From Botryllus schlosseri (taxonomy: Eukaryota): a DNA stretch of 64,000 nt. The DNA is taken from the NCBI GenBank assembly GCA_051294905.1, contig CM119371.1, positions 9,860,001-9,924,000 on the forward strand, written 5' to 3'. The notes below the pieces were generated by a model. That model searched no databases. It was not told the DNA's origin and worked only from the letters and a program-made list of their open reading frames with translations. Below are positions 38,542-52,778 of this stretch, piece after piece (the first letter of the stretch is position 1; each line of letters begins with the position of its first letter). Position numbers and translations under genes: made by a program.

Positions 38542-40765
38542 CAAGTAATAAAAGATAGATCTGCGAAATTTTCGAGATAATAGTTAGATCAGGGAAGTAG
38601 TCTGCGAAAAATTCAAATAAGATTGAATGTGACGTAGCGTGATCGGAGACTCAGAGCACTAGTTTCGCATGAGCATCAGCAGATCGATAATTAGGACATG
38701 AAGTTATAGTGGCTAGACGGGATAGTCAACACGGTCATGACATTTATGGGTTCAGGTTCGTGGCTGCGCTCGACAATTCCTATCTGTGCAGAAGTTCTCG
38801 ACACATATTTGAAAGATATATGTGATGTAGATGTTGACTAGTACAAAGTACCGCGTTTACTGTCGAGAAATAAAGCCCGTTATTATAGTCATTGATAAAC
38901 TTGGATGTTCACATAATCACGGTAAATAGTTTTGATTCCACCTCACTATATTATTAGTCTGTAGCAATATATTTAATTCTAATCAATTCAACTATATATT
39001 GCGATTCATGTATATCAAGATCGTGCGATGAAAAGTAGGATGATGCGAACCCGCGAATCAAATCAAGTCACTTATATTTTTGAAGTGACGCGAGCTAGCT
39101 AAGTCAAGGCATTGTAGTTGTGCAAAGGATTTGTTGTACAAATTGAGTCGCCGTTGATTGAGATTCGAGAGGGAAATAAGGCGTAATGAGTTAATTGTTA
39201 CGAAAGGGCGGTGTATCGAACTGTTAAACTACATAGATAACAGTATAGCCCAAGTCTGTAATTACTATCGGTCAAAATTGGAATCCTCAGAAAGTTGAAA
39301 AACATTGGTATGATGCAATAGGTAATCCACGCACATAAGATATAACATACAAGCCTGATGAAATTTGACGATAATAATATAAAGGTATAAATTGTCGATG
39401 CTTGTGCAGCATTATTTATTCGATATTTTTTGTTTAGTGCGTATAATATCGGCTATGATAATAAGAAAATCAAAATTATATCAACATGATTACTTTTATT
39501 GGATGTATTTGCTGATTATGACGTTATTCCATAAACGATTGAGTTTCTCATGATAATTTGTGTTCTTTCAATCTGTTATTAATACATATTGATTGTAAAC
39601 GTTTATATCTTGTAGTCTTCGTCATTTCTTGTAATATTAAATGATTGCAGTGAATACTAAAAGTCATTCGCGTTGTGAACACCCAACACAAGGCGCCTCA
39701 TATTTCTATTCAAACTATGAATCACTTATCTAACCTTCCCATGGAATATAATATCAATTTTTGAGTGAATATGCTAGAGATCACGAATTCAGATGTCGGT
39801 CTGCTACTCGACTCTATCTGAATGCTACAATTGCAATTATTCAGTTCGGGCAATTCCCATTTAACTATCCCGCATGGATATAGAAGTAAAATGGCTGTTA
39901 AGAGAAATCTTCTGGCAATATTCTGGCATTGGCATCGTAAAAACAGCCCGACTTTAGCCGTCGAAATTAGAAGTGAATGAAACAGACAACATTTCAAGCA
40001 GCACAACCGCGCACGCACGAGAAGTAACTGCATTTAGTGAGCGATTAGCTTTCTTTTATCCCCTATGCGACACGATGTTTCGCACGCGACATGACACACA
40101 TTTTGACAAGACTTGTCATCTGACAAGCTATCTTCATGCGATGCGGTCCTTTGTATATATAAACCCTTAATTTTACATACTATCTGTATATCATACCCAT
40201 TTCTCAATTCTAAATTTGATATCGCAAAGTTTCAGTATCCGATATTGCACTGGATTAGTTAGATTACTAGCATTGCAGATTCACGAATACTAAAAACCAG
40301 TATTAGATATCCATATCTCGCATTTATATTGTCTGTGAATAAAATAATTTCATTTTTTCACCCTTTCAGACACTTCAAAATGTCATTTGCGCTATCAAAA
40401 TAAACACAAGCATCCATATCAACATATCTGGTTTGCGGGTGGTAATGAAATGGCGTTATTGGCATCTCATCGGAATATAATATTCTGAAAATATGTTAAT
40501 ATTGCGCATTACACCTTGAAATGGTTCCAACCGTGTTAGGGTAGTGCGAATAAAGTCGGGACTACACCAAGCACACGTCTGTTGGGTTGAATAAAATTGA
40601 CGCTTTGTCAGCGATTTGTCATCAAAAGCGGTACAGACGTGACAGATATCTGTGATTTTACGAGATAATATTTGATTACATGACTTGATGATGTTTCAAT
40701 CTCAAAAACTTTACAGATTTTGCAAATGATAGTAATGTAAAGAGTCTGTGTCTTGTGGTTGATAT

Positions 40766-41535
40766 CAGTGGTCCTGAACCGCTGGTCGGTGGCAAGCTTT
40801 CTGCCTGTCCGCCAAATATCAAAGAATTTGAAATGTCAATTCTAAAACGCAAGAGGTTAGATGCTTTTCTATTATTAGAGAAGTAAACATCGAATTTTAA
40901 GTTGATTTATAAGTTTGTGGCATATTTTCCTGCGTGGCGTCGTATAGTAGGGAGTTCATTGTCTACGTTGGGTGTATCGTGACAAATGGCACGAGTGCTG
41001 TGCGAAACAGTTTGAAACTAGCATACAACTAAAAATTTGGTTTAATGTATGTGAAAATTGGACTGAGATATAGGAAATCAGAAATCAAGTAACAGTCCGG
41101 CGGGTCATTCGGGAGTCGAGCCAGAAAGATGACTTATTTTTAGCAAACCTGCTACAAACTCGGAATACATTTACCAGTTTTTTCGGACTTTACTCCGGGA
41201 TTGTAAGTCTGAAAATTTTGAAAAAGTAGTCTCTTTTCCAATTCCCAAAATATTGTGACCCTACTATAGCTGACTGCTAAGTCTCATTTCCTTCAAGATG
41301 TCGAACAATCAAAAGGAAGTTAATGATCTTTAACGGGATATCGCGAGCATCGCCTTGCAAAAACGTCACGTATAAATATCTAATATCATAAAGGCAGCTG
41401 TAAATGAAGTTTACAATGCTACGTCTGAATTGCATGCATTTTCCGTAAATAAATTAAGGCTTTGTTTTGATTTTGAAGGTCCGCCGGTTCGCAATATTCA
41501 AGTTTTAATAGTCCAGGATGCCAAAAAGACCACTG
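40766..41535. mobile_element. hAT-Charlie-like element (family of 12674-14326, inverted)
   Basis: Ends CAGTGGTC / GACCACTG; internal similarity to the 12674 element. Confidence 0.65.
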
Positions 41536-41563
41536 GTATATATAGCATTTTCAGGACCTATAG

Positions 41564-41803
41564 GTTTGTTTGTTTGTGGTATTCATGGTGTTTGGCGACT
41601 ATATGGTCATTTACACCAGGCCAATATTGTTCATTATTTTCCGTAACTGCCGACTTATAGCACGGCCCACCTCTAGGCTTTTTGTAAGACACCGCTGACG
41701 TGGATGAAGTGGCGATCGAAGTAGCCTAGATAAACCTCCAACACTTAGGAACCCGCACCCATTGGTGTTGCAGCCGCGGATTATACCACTGCGCTACCAC
41801 TCC
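41564..41803 (-). mobile_element. tRNA-derived SINE
   Basis: Minus-strand A box TAGCGCAGTGG, TGCAACACCAATGG core, (ACAA)n tail. Confidence 0.72.
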
Positions 41804-43495
41804 ACACCTATAGCTGTGGCACACAAGGCTATTGCTGTTAAGCACCATAATCCCCACATTTATACCTCCGCTCATAGTATTTGAATCCTCAAGCTTCAGA
41901 AGAACATTACAATTACCTGCTATAACGCATTTCTGACAATGCGACAATTGCTTTGACATGCTGTTTAAAGGCAACTCTTGCAACCAACAATTATTATTAC
42001 ACTGTGCCAGCGGTAGTTGCCAAGAAAGCAAAACATTGAATGTAAGATATTGAATGAGTCTAATAATTCTTGAGGACATGTTTTCGGTTACTAACTCGTG
42101 ATTCGTGAACACCTTTTTATTACCCGATTCATGCTATACAATAACAATTCGACACAGATTTTATCTTAGCATGGGAATGTTTATATCGAGAATTGCTTAA
42201 CATTTTCAATCTAGATATCCAGCGCCAATCACTGCAAATATTCAGTGACTCATTTATGGCTCCCTACAGTTCGTAAACAACATATATCTTGGTGTAGCAC
42301 TATTGGCAAGCTATAAGATTGGCGTATGAGCTGAAACAGCTTACAGCAGTTGTCATTGTACCCATGCGCAGAAGGTCACTCGTGAATATATAGAATTACG
42401 GATTAGGCGTTGACTATAGCATGGTTTGTCGCGATGTGGAAAAGCGATGCAGAATGAAAAAGCTTTTAGTCATGGGTGCTTGCTTATCCTATTTGCTCGA
42501 AATTACTTGAGTCGTTGTGACGTTTCGTAATTCATATTCCATTTACATATTGTACCAGCAAATCAATTATATAATTAATCAGAATTGGCGTGACTCTTTA
42601 GCTTCAATCATGTGTCCCGCGCTGTAGAGATAAACCGTATCTTATATCGATAACAGATGACAGTATATATGCTTCATTCATGGAGCATATATTTCTGTCG
42701 GATCCTATCACAGCCACGACGCGCGTGCGAGCTATATCGTAACGTGATTATCTCCTACTATTCGTAGAATTACTATATTATTCTCGTCACTTTGACATGA
42801 TTTCTATCGGAATTGGGTAGAAATACTTTGCGTGTCACAGCTTTGCAATTGGACAAGTACAATAAATACGGAATCTTCCCGAAAAGCTTATCTCGACTAT
42901 GACCGGTGCCCGACACATAGTTAACTTAACTCACTGCTTTCATTTCTGAATATCGCGGTCAAAGCCATCGAAGCTTTCAGGATCAAGATGATTTGTTTGT
43001 TTTGTAGATATAGCGCACGGATATATGCTAATGTGGTCGATATGGCGCTCATATTGGGTAAAAGCATTTATATAATATAGCTTTCCGTCCCGATTATTAG
43101 CGCTTAAACGCACATTCGCGTGCGTTTCGCCTAGTTTTATTGGATAATTGGCAATATCGAATAGCTGAAACATTTTGGCATCGCTTTTCAAAGTTAAAAC
43201 GCCATTATTCGGCAATCAATCAGGCTGATACGAAAAATATAGAACACGACAGGTAGATTTCGGACATTTTTAATTGCAAAACGGAACGGAATATGACGAT
43301 CTGTGTCAATTTTGCAATATCCATTTAATGGCATAGTTTAATAAAAATATGAAAACGTTTGAGTCTTTCACTTAAATGTAGAATATAATAGTGTTTTTTC
43401 GCAAATGATCTGTTTCATTCGGCGCAAAAAGAATTGGGTTGCTGGCTCAAGTTTATCAAGCTCCACACTGATTCTCTGCTAAGGGCATATGTATA

Positions 43496-44034
43496 TAGGG
43501 TTGTATTTAAAACAAAAATCAATTAAAAACCCTTGTTTAAAACATGTTTTTTATTGTGTTTTTTGTTTGTTTCCAGTCATGAGGTCATGAATATTTAATT
43601 GTGACGTCACAGTATATTGGCATTGACAATTGAGAATATAGGGTAAATATGGCTACTTCGACGAGAAGGGCTTACGATCACTGTCATAAAGAGACCAAAA
43701 TTTTAACGTTATGCAGCATTTTTACGGTCGGCGGTCATCATCATCAGAACACCCATTCTGTACCAATGATCTATATCGACTTCCAAAAACTGTTGAACCA
43801 ACGACGATTTCAAGGGTTTCAGCCACTGCACATCGTAAACGTCGACTATTTTGTGTGCAAATCGTCCGCAGGCCCATACTACATGGTTTTTCGGACGTAT
43901 TTACACAATTATGGAATAAATGAACGTTCGACAAAAAAATTGTTTTGCTCAAAAAGGTATTTGTTTAAAACACTGTTTAAAACATGTTTTCAACAAAGTG
44001 TTTTAAAACACCGTATGTTTTAAATGCAACCCTA
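43496..44034. mobile_element. hAT-type MITE family C, copy 2
   Basis: TIR TAGGGTTG(T/C)ATTTAAAACA; TTTAAAACA repeats. Confidence 0.85.
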
Positions 44035-44287
44035 TCTATATATAGCTAGACTATACATACACCTTAATATGTCGGCATTCTATCACAAAAACTGAGAGCA
44101 TAAGTCTAAAAATAGTGTATCACAATACTGATAGATCTCCCGAAATACTCCAAATTTTCAACGGATATAGGTCTCGCATTTGTTCAGTAATGAAGTGCAG
44201 TTTCTCATACCATCGATTAATATGCGTTTTATGAAATGACAATACAGGGAATGGAAAGAATTCCATCGAATACGGAAATCAGTAATT

Positions 44288-44566
44288 GGCGAGATAGCGC
44301 AGTGGCATGATCTACTGCTGCAACACCAATAGGTTGTGGGTTCGAGTCGGACCGTGGTCGACTCCAATATCCCTTCCCGAGTGTTTAAGAGGTTTTTCTA
44401 TGTTCCTCATCGCCCTCTGATATCCGTAAGTGGTGACTTGAAAAGCCTAGGCGTGGGTCGTGCTACAACCTACAAGTCGGCAGGAAACGGAATCACAGTA
44501 ACGAATATCAGCCTGGTGATGACCATTTTAGTCATACACCCAACGAATACCAAAAACATACAAAAC
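44288..44566 (+). mobile_element. tRNA-derived SINE, full length
   Basis: A box TAGCGCAGTGG, B box GGTTCGAGTC, shared body, A/C-rich tail. Confidence 0.8.
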
Positions 44567-45970
44567 GGAAATCAGAAGTGTCGCAAGTCGTCGCTAGGTA
44601 GTAGAGAAGTCGCTATCTGCGACATTCAACTTCTGTATCTCAACAATCCGTTTTAAATCGTAGACATTGTGTTAGGATCCAAACACTCGCCTGCTCAGCT
44701 TCGCAAAATTTAATTCATTTACAGGATTTGTGGATGGCGCTCTTAAAAGGTCTAAGTATTTTCAACATAAAAGGACGATTCGAAAATAATTGGGTCACAA
44801 CAATAGCTGGCAATGTTTTGAGGTGACGCAAAAAATATTATCAGAGAACCCTGAAGTAGCACAAGATAGGCCACGTTTGAGTTAATATGGAACAAAGTTA
44901 CATACAAACATGGCATAGTTTAGAATTATCCCCCGGGATACAGGAAAAACAAACGATTGGTTTATTGTGTTAAATAATTGCCCTACAAGTGTCAATAAAA
45001 CAAGATTCCTATTTGTCGCTAGTCGCATTCGCTCTCTCTTTAATGCTATCACCAAGCAAGGGTCATTGTTTGTTCCCTAAGTCAACAATGATGTCACTCA
45101 CATTATCGAAGAATCAAACCGTGCTGGAGTGAAATTACAATTATTGGCGCCGAAGGTAACACGTGTGAACTCCCATAAATTGACGTATGAAGCGACATAT
45201 AGGAAGAGATGGGATGCCGACCTAATGTAATCTTGTGGACCTCCGTATGCATATACGTCTGAATTGGTGAATATCATAGAAATGCCTTCCGCGTGCTACC
45301 ACGGACCCAATATTCAAACTGCTGTGACCAAAGTTCTTTATTGGAGACGCTAACGGGGAATATATATGTCGCTAGGAGAGCAGATAGCGAGGCAGAAATC
45401 GATATCTTCCTCAGAACTTGGATCCACGCAAGACCTTACCCCATCTGTTCATAATTACGCGGTACATGATAACTATTTCTCAAAAACAAGCAACATGATG
45501 TATCGACAAGTTCAAGAAACACAAAATGGCGGTAAAGATAACAACGATTGTTCCTTGACAGAGATTGACGAATATTATCAAATTATTTTCCTGTTCAGAA
45601 AGTTTGACTCAATCCCAAGTCGAATTCCTGATTTACAATTATAGCTTCCTATAGTTCTTAAATTCGCAACAAAATCAGATAATAACTGAGCGGGAAATTA
45701 CTAAACAAACGCGTTTCACGAGCTAATATCTGCTCCTGATTATTAATAACACTGACAAAATGGCAAAATGAATGACATGTCGAAAAAGTGGCAAATTTTG
45801 TTAAAATCGTTCCTAAGGCAAAAAACGTTTTCAACCTACATATCGTATGTATGGCAGATGTTTCCACTGTCGGTGAGCTTATCATTTGGCATGCTACAGC
45901 TTGTAGCTTTCAGCTGTTATTTCAAAAGTTTTTTCAGGCTAAATTACTTCGTAAAGACATCTGCGTAAGC

Positions 45971-46843
45971 CAGGGGTGTCAAACTTAATTAGCATCGCGG
46001 GCAGGATTCAAACCTTCAGATCGCTCGCCGGCCGGACCAGTCAAATGAATCCAAAATGGTGCCTCAAAATCCATGCCCTAGTTTCTCACTTGTATACATT
46101 GTTATCAAGCCTTTATATACAATTGTATATTTTATCATATTACGGATCGCAGGGGTTCTATTCTAGCAACACCTTTCTTCGCAGACAATGGAATTGGTAA
46201 AATAGGATTATTGACTGGTTGAATGCAGTTATAAACGGCTAAAAAGTGACTCTAAGGACGATTAAGAGGGCATATGTTTCATTCCTTTGTTTTAGTCTTA
46301 CTCTAGCGGTATTCCTGCGTATATGCAGTGAGAGGAATGCTCACTGTAAATGCAGACGTATGGGAATTGCTTCATTATTACTTAATCGCGATTTGGATTT
46401 CTCAGAAGGCCAGGAATCTTTGTCAAAAGTCATAACTGATAAAGCAGTGCGACCATAGATATTTGAAATAAATTTTTATGTAATTATTACATTTCCCATG
46501 TACCCTGCATATGCAACGGTATCGCATTCGCATTTTCGCTTCTGTGAATAACTATTATTTGGTCAATTTTTCTGAACTCAGTGTGCACTTTTGGGCCTTG
46601 TGTCAATGTCAGCGACTTGTTCATAATGGTGGTCAGACTTACATTTTAACATTGCAGAGGATGGTACTCGACCTTTGCTGTATTGGGGGACTGTTTAATG
46701 GATGTTTTCTTGATAAAAATCTCAATACTTATTGAAGATATGCTGAATAATACATGGATTTTCTCAATCTACTAAGAATTGTTTCGCGGGCCGGCGTCTG
46801 GCGGACTGGATGCGGCCCAAGGGCCGTATGTTTGACACCCCTG
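45971..46843. mobile_element. hAT element inserted into a SINE (SINE halves at ~45930-45970 and 46844-46985)
   Basis: TIR CAGGGGTGTCAAAC; GCGGGCC subterminal motifs; flanks match the SINE body. Confidence 0.8.
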
Positions 46844-47615
46844 GCGTATAAGGGGTGTCTTAAAAAGCATAGAAGTCGGCCGCGGTACAAGTAGGCAGCT
46901 CCATAACTAAAATAAAGAAAACCGGCTTGGCGTAAATGACCATTGTAGTCGACAAACACCATGAATATCAAAAACAACAACAAATTCTTAAGGAGAGACA
47001 GTTCCAACCAGAAATGAAGAAAAGCTTCTTGGAGGTACATAACTTCAATATATATTGAATAGTATATTCACATTGAAGAAATGAAAAAAGTAGTACAATG
47101 CTAACATCTAATTCACATACATGATGGAAATATTTGTCCAAATTAGGTTTCTTGAGTCAAAAGATTGAATTTTTAGGTCAAAATCGTCCGTTTATTACGT
47201 CATAAAATCGCCCTACTGATGACATTTCTGACATTAGAAATAAAATACGTTACCGATCCTTTAAAACTGTAATCTTACTTAAAAAGAAATTCATATTTAC
47301 TGCGAACCACCGTAGATGACATCCCGTATACCACATGTTGCGAGACAATGATTTATTCAGCCGGAATAGCAATGTAAATTTTTGCGACATTGTTCTACTG
47401 CTTCGATCTTCTTTCAGTAAATTAAAACTTACGACTGGATCCAGTCCGCAGCTTGTAATATCTGCGACTCAGATATTTTGATGAATGAAGCCCATAACTA
47501 GTAATAATATATTATTATATTTAAAAACAATTTGAATGGCGTTTATAACAACAATAGTTGTTTGCTTCATAACTATACAAGTGCTAATCGAATAGATTTG
47601 GGAACAATCGCATAA

Positions 47616-47879
47616 TCAAATCAACTCAGCCGTACAGTAGTCCATCTTTGTTTTCGCTATGAATTTCCACAGCAAAGGTATTATATACTCGTCAGTTAAT
47701 TGCCATGGTGAAGGATACTCCGAACTCCTGCAATTTGCTCTAAACTGGTACCTTTTATTCGTGTATATCGCACACTCCACGATAACGTCATCTGCAGTTT
47801 CTTGAAAATGGCATGCGACACAAGTAGGGTTATCGGAACACCCAATTTTGTGAAGATGGTAGTTTAGTTTAGACGACAA
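47616..47879 (-). mobile_element. I-group LINE zinc-finger fragment
   Basis: KLNYHLHKIGCSDNPTCVACHFQETADDVIVECAIY is homologous to the 23940-24200 translation. Confidence 0.75.
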
Positions 47880-48567
47880 TATAACTAGCTATAGAATGCT
47901 AACAACACCACCGTCATCTGACGTCTCTCTTAAAATAGCGACTGAAAGCTATATGAAAGATTTTCACGAGAATATTGATCGATTTTTAGAATTCAAAAAC
48001 AGCGGTTTGACCAGTTTGCTGCAACAGAACCACACAAACTAGAAGTCTCGATTTTAAGTATTGGTTTTAATTTAATAGGGGTCAAGGGAGACAGTGCGCT
48101 CACATTGAAAAATTGCGGTAGCTTCAAATCCGATGCCAGATCATTCTGAAAGGAATCAAACGATGTTATCGTTTGGGATGTCTTTATAATGGTTTGATAT
48201 CACTTTCGATCTCTTTCAAATGTCACATTACCTATTTGATATCTGTTAAAATTGGGGTGACACCGTGACTCTTTTCACCCTGATATTTTCCGATTGTATT
48301 CATAGCACATGATAATCGCTTGTAAGACACGTAGATGACGTAATTCATGGAGTAGTTACAGTGGTAATGTGTCCACCTGTTGATGATAACCGACCGAGAT
48401 ATACGTCAAAGTACGACCTCATCCCAATAATTTGATGCTGAGTCGTGTCGCTGTAATTAACTTACATATAGATAGTGAGAACCCCTGAAAGCATATGGCT
48501 CGTGCGAACACAAACGTATTACAATGTTAGCTGCAGGCACGATCGTAAACACGAACCTATATAACCA

Positions 48568-49106
48568 TAGTGTGGACACAGCGAGATTGCACGGCTCACT
48601 GCATTAGGGTAACGTCACACTTTCCATTTGACCCAAGGCAACTTTACGGCCATTTTTGACCTGCTTGCCGAACGCTTTAGTTGATTAAACGGGTATCAGT
48701 GGAAAGCTGCTGCTGTACTGACTTCTCATGTCCTCAGAGCCCCCCAAAATCAGCCACGAATAATCGATTGTGGTTAAGTTATGCATGGTGACGCAACAAT
48801 ACTGTCTGGCAAAACGAGAATGCAGCTCAGGAGCAAGAGCCAGACAGCATTGTTGCGTCACAATACATAACTCCACCACAATCCAAAATCGAGTTTGATT
48901 TTCGGGGGTTCCGGGGCCATGAGTAGAATAAAATTTATATATTAGTAATCAGTACGGTAGCAGCTTTCCATTTATACCCGTTTAATCAAATGCAGCGCTC
49001 AGCAGGCAAGCAGCTCGAAATTGGCCGTAAAGTTGTCTTGCGCCAAATGGAAAGTGTGACTCAACCCAAATGCAGTGAGCCGTTGAATCTCGCTGTGTCC
49101 ACACCA
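48568..49106. mobile_element. Fold-back (near-palindromic) MITE
   Basis: Arms GTGTGGACACAGCGAGATT...TGACGCAACAATACTGTCTGGC pair over ~250 bp around a ~30-nt loop. Confidence 0.85.
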
Positions 49107-51491
49107 TTTAAGACACTATGATACAACATCACATAACGTCGCTTTGGTAATTCCAAACACTTCCTCTCCAGCGTGTATAAATGTAAAAATAAAAATATTG
49201 TCATTTTGAGACAGTGTCTTATCACAATGTCACTGCGACGTTCAGAAATAAGATACCGACACGACGACGTAATCTAAAATCTAGCTACAACCAGGGGTCC
49301 GTAGACCCTATGGTGGTACGAAGCACCAAAGCAAGTGATAAAAAATACATTATAGTCTTGCGTCATTGAATTGTGAAATCCCGGCTGTATTCGATACGGA
49401 AAGAGAGTGATTGTTGAGAGTCGTGTTTCTACATGGTAGTGATGAAATTGCCCGTATCATGGTTTTTAATTCACTAAAAACGATAAGGATAATTGCACTA
49501 AAAACGAGAAAGTAAACATTGCTACAGCCTGCATCATCTGTTTAAAATTTCACGCGAATACCTAGATGTATGTTCAAAGAGATTGATAGATTTTGCATTC
49601 CTTTTATCAGCTTTCTGTATTGCAGAATTTTACCATTTCCAAGTACGTTATCTGTCTATTTTTAGCCGAATTTTAGCGCTGTTACTTATTTAACAGATCC
49701 AGAGGTGAATACCTGAGTGGTACATGCAATTTATAAGAAACAACCATTTCTATGGCTGCCTTGAGACTCTTCCGATCCCTGAAACATTTTGCCACCACCG
49801 GATCCAAATATCATTTGCCGAGTCACCGGGAATAGCGTGGTTATATTGGCTGATTCACTTTTTCTGGTCCTGTTGTTCTCAACAGCAGACTTACTAAACA
49901 AAGTGCACTGAGAAACCTTAATTTCGAAGCAAGCAATGCAATATCAAATTTTAAATTTCGAATTTATTTTTCTACATCGTGAGGTAATATAGACTCCATG
50001 GTATTGGTGGATCGACCTATTCAAACGTATATTCTTCGGCCCCTTTAGGTCCAGTTATATGCACAGGCAAAGAGGGTGTTTCAAACAAAAATCGTATTTG
50101 AATCAATATGAACAATCATATTGAATTAAGTGGTTTCTACCCGGACTGCTCCTTGCAGAAACATCAATATAATATAACAAAAGCGGCAACAAATTTGTGT
50201 ATAAATTGTATAGTTTTCAAATTGATCGGTGCACACATTTGGTGTGTTTCAATGACGGTTATTTTTTATTTTAGGAGTTTCATCATTCCGCCGAGTTGGT
50301 GAGTAATTTCACCGTTCTTCAAAATATTAAACGATAAAAATCACTGCTCTGTTCTATTCCCTATAGACAATGACGTAATGGACGGAAGTATACCATTTTG
50401 CAGTATTATTCGCAACGGTGATGGTGCGATATTTCACATAAAACATCGACAATTTGCTTTGAATTACCGATGCAAGGTTTAACTAAATTCTCCGTTTATT
50501 ATCCCTTCTCGCTGGCACCCTAATGCTGAAAGAGAAAAAGGAGGCGTTTTCATTCCAAGGAGTTTAATGTAAGTTATTAAACGTTACTGTAACAGTATGT
50601 GATTTCGGAAAACATGTTCATGGCTCTTCTGCGAACGAGTCTACTAAAATACTGTGGCTCGCTTACGGAACAGGAACATGATCAAAACGTTTGCACCATC
50701 CCTCGTAACCCGTATTACACGATGATATCCCATCTCATGCAACAGGAGAAGACGTCAATTTTGTTATGTGCAGTATACAACACTGGAACAGCGGCGCCGA
50801 ATACTGATACACAATCAACAACGAAATACTATGTCAAATAATTTTGATAACTTATTGACTAACACCGATAATTTACAACATAAAATGTATTGTAATAAGT
50901 CACATTATCATCCAATCAGCTTGTGATAAAAAATACTTTCGTTGCAATAGGCCTACGTAACATACCTTTATTTTATCAGAGAATATTAATAAAAAGAATC
51001 CTTATATTTCTTAAGTGGCAGGTTCCCCGATTATATGTGTATTTTTACCAGCTGTACTGTGGATGAAAAAATAATATCTCAAGTACAAAATTCAAATCCA
51101 AATGTCCTCTTTACGATAAAGCTTAAATACTGAGGTCAGCTATTAGGCTACCTGTTGCGTCAAATTCTTGGGGCGCAGCAGCCAGCAGACGTATAATAAC
51201 AGACGATTACTTGTTGTGCAATTCATTCCTTAATTCAGTATATAAAGGAAGATCATATTCCTTGATAAGAGTCCGTTTGATTCGACGATTTATTGACTTA
51301 ATGATAAGAGTGACAGCATTCCGAATGCTCACCTGTTTAAAATGCATTTTTGAGATAATCACTAAATCTATATGCCAATTCGACATGTCAACATCTATTC
51401 TCTATTTCAGTTAACGCTGTTTCTATTAGCTCAAAAGGAAATATTTGTCTGTGACGCGGTGTGACGCCTATGTCCAAAATTATAGTAATCC

Positions 51492-52150
51492 AGTGCTTTC
51501 AACCTTTTTGAGGTCCATTCACACTTTTTTGGAAAAATAAATTTCAAACCTACCAAAAATGCTTGTACAAAAAAGATGAAGATATTTAAATATATATTCT
51601 GGTCAGATGTGTAGCAAATTAGTTAAGCTTAGCCCATAGTGTCTCGTTCTGATTTCAACCATTTCACTGCAACCCTTCTCGGCGAAAGAAGTTGCTGGGT
51701 TTTGTAAAAGAATGTCTACTATAGTGCTTGGATGGCCAGGTCTTAAGAACTGTTCTGCGCCCATTTCCAAACTACGGCGTATTTTCCGCGAGTGAAAAAT
51801 ACTTGCTTGCACAAATCGTTTTTGAGAGATGACGCAAGGGTCCCGGAAGCTCCAGCTTGTCGAACGGGTGAAAAATCCTTATGTTTGTTCTGAGGCTTTT
51901 GCCTGATGTCCTGGAAAATATGCTCCGAGACGGTTAGGGAGAGTGGGCACATCAGAGCTCGCTACTTTTTGACCTTGTGATACGTTGCTCCAACTTGTGT
52001 TCGGTTTTTATTTCGATTTCCTATTTTCTGTCTCGCGAGTAAATGAGAAGAGAAAAGAAAGTCACGATTCCGTGTGTTCGACTTTGTAGCTCAATTTAAG
52101 TTGAAAGCTCCCAACAGCTCAATAACCTTCAATTACCAGCTTCTTAGACC
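51492..52150 (-). mobile_element. hAT-Charlie transposase relic
   Basis: TIR-like CAGTGCTTTCAACCTTTTT at 51492; minus translation ILLQNPATSFAEKGCSEMVEIRTR resembles the hAT dimerization motif; frameshifted; other end not found. Confidence 0.6.
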
Positions 52151-52778
52151 ACGACAGAATCAGAGTTTTAGTGTCATCTCGCGATCCGAGCCTCACACAT
52201 GAAAAAGAATGCATTTTTAATATTACAGTATAGTAGTATGCTAGGAATTTGCGGACATGTATTACATACATAACGCGCACACCACTATTGTACTCAACAC
52301 GAACATGTCCGACGCGCGCGATTTCAAATAAGGGTGATTTAAATTACTCTGCACTCCGCATTTGTACCTGCTACTGTCTACTTGAATTGCATGAAGGGGA
52401 CCATTCGATGCCGACTGCCGACAACGGAGCATATTCATATCGGAAGGTTTGGCCATACCGCGACGGTCGTCGGTGGCCAAAACTTTACAATTACATCTTC
52501 ACATGTCCCGACTCGAAATGAATGTGTCTCATATGCCTATACTCGCTTCTGACACGTCATCCCTACACTTGTTCATCGAAACAGTCTTCGACAAAGCTTT
52601 TATCAAAAACCAGTCGGACAACTCTTATCATGAATTCAAACCACTGGTCGAAAGATTCTCATGATCAAGCCATATTTTCAGTGTTTCTCGCTTATTGGAT
52701 ATATTACCCATCATAGTGACCTTGGATATGTAAAAACCATAGCAGGATTTTTGCACTAGATTCAACAAATATTACATA

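Noticed and set aside
44288..44365. tRNA gene
   Set aside because: A and B boxes are present, but I could not build a cloverleaf, and the head is followed by a body shared with several dispersed copies, so it is a SINE head.
46729..47040. Hydrophobic ORF resembling a signal peptide
   Set aside because: It is the antisense reading of a SINE tail running into a MITE.
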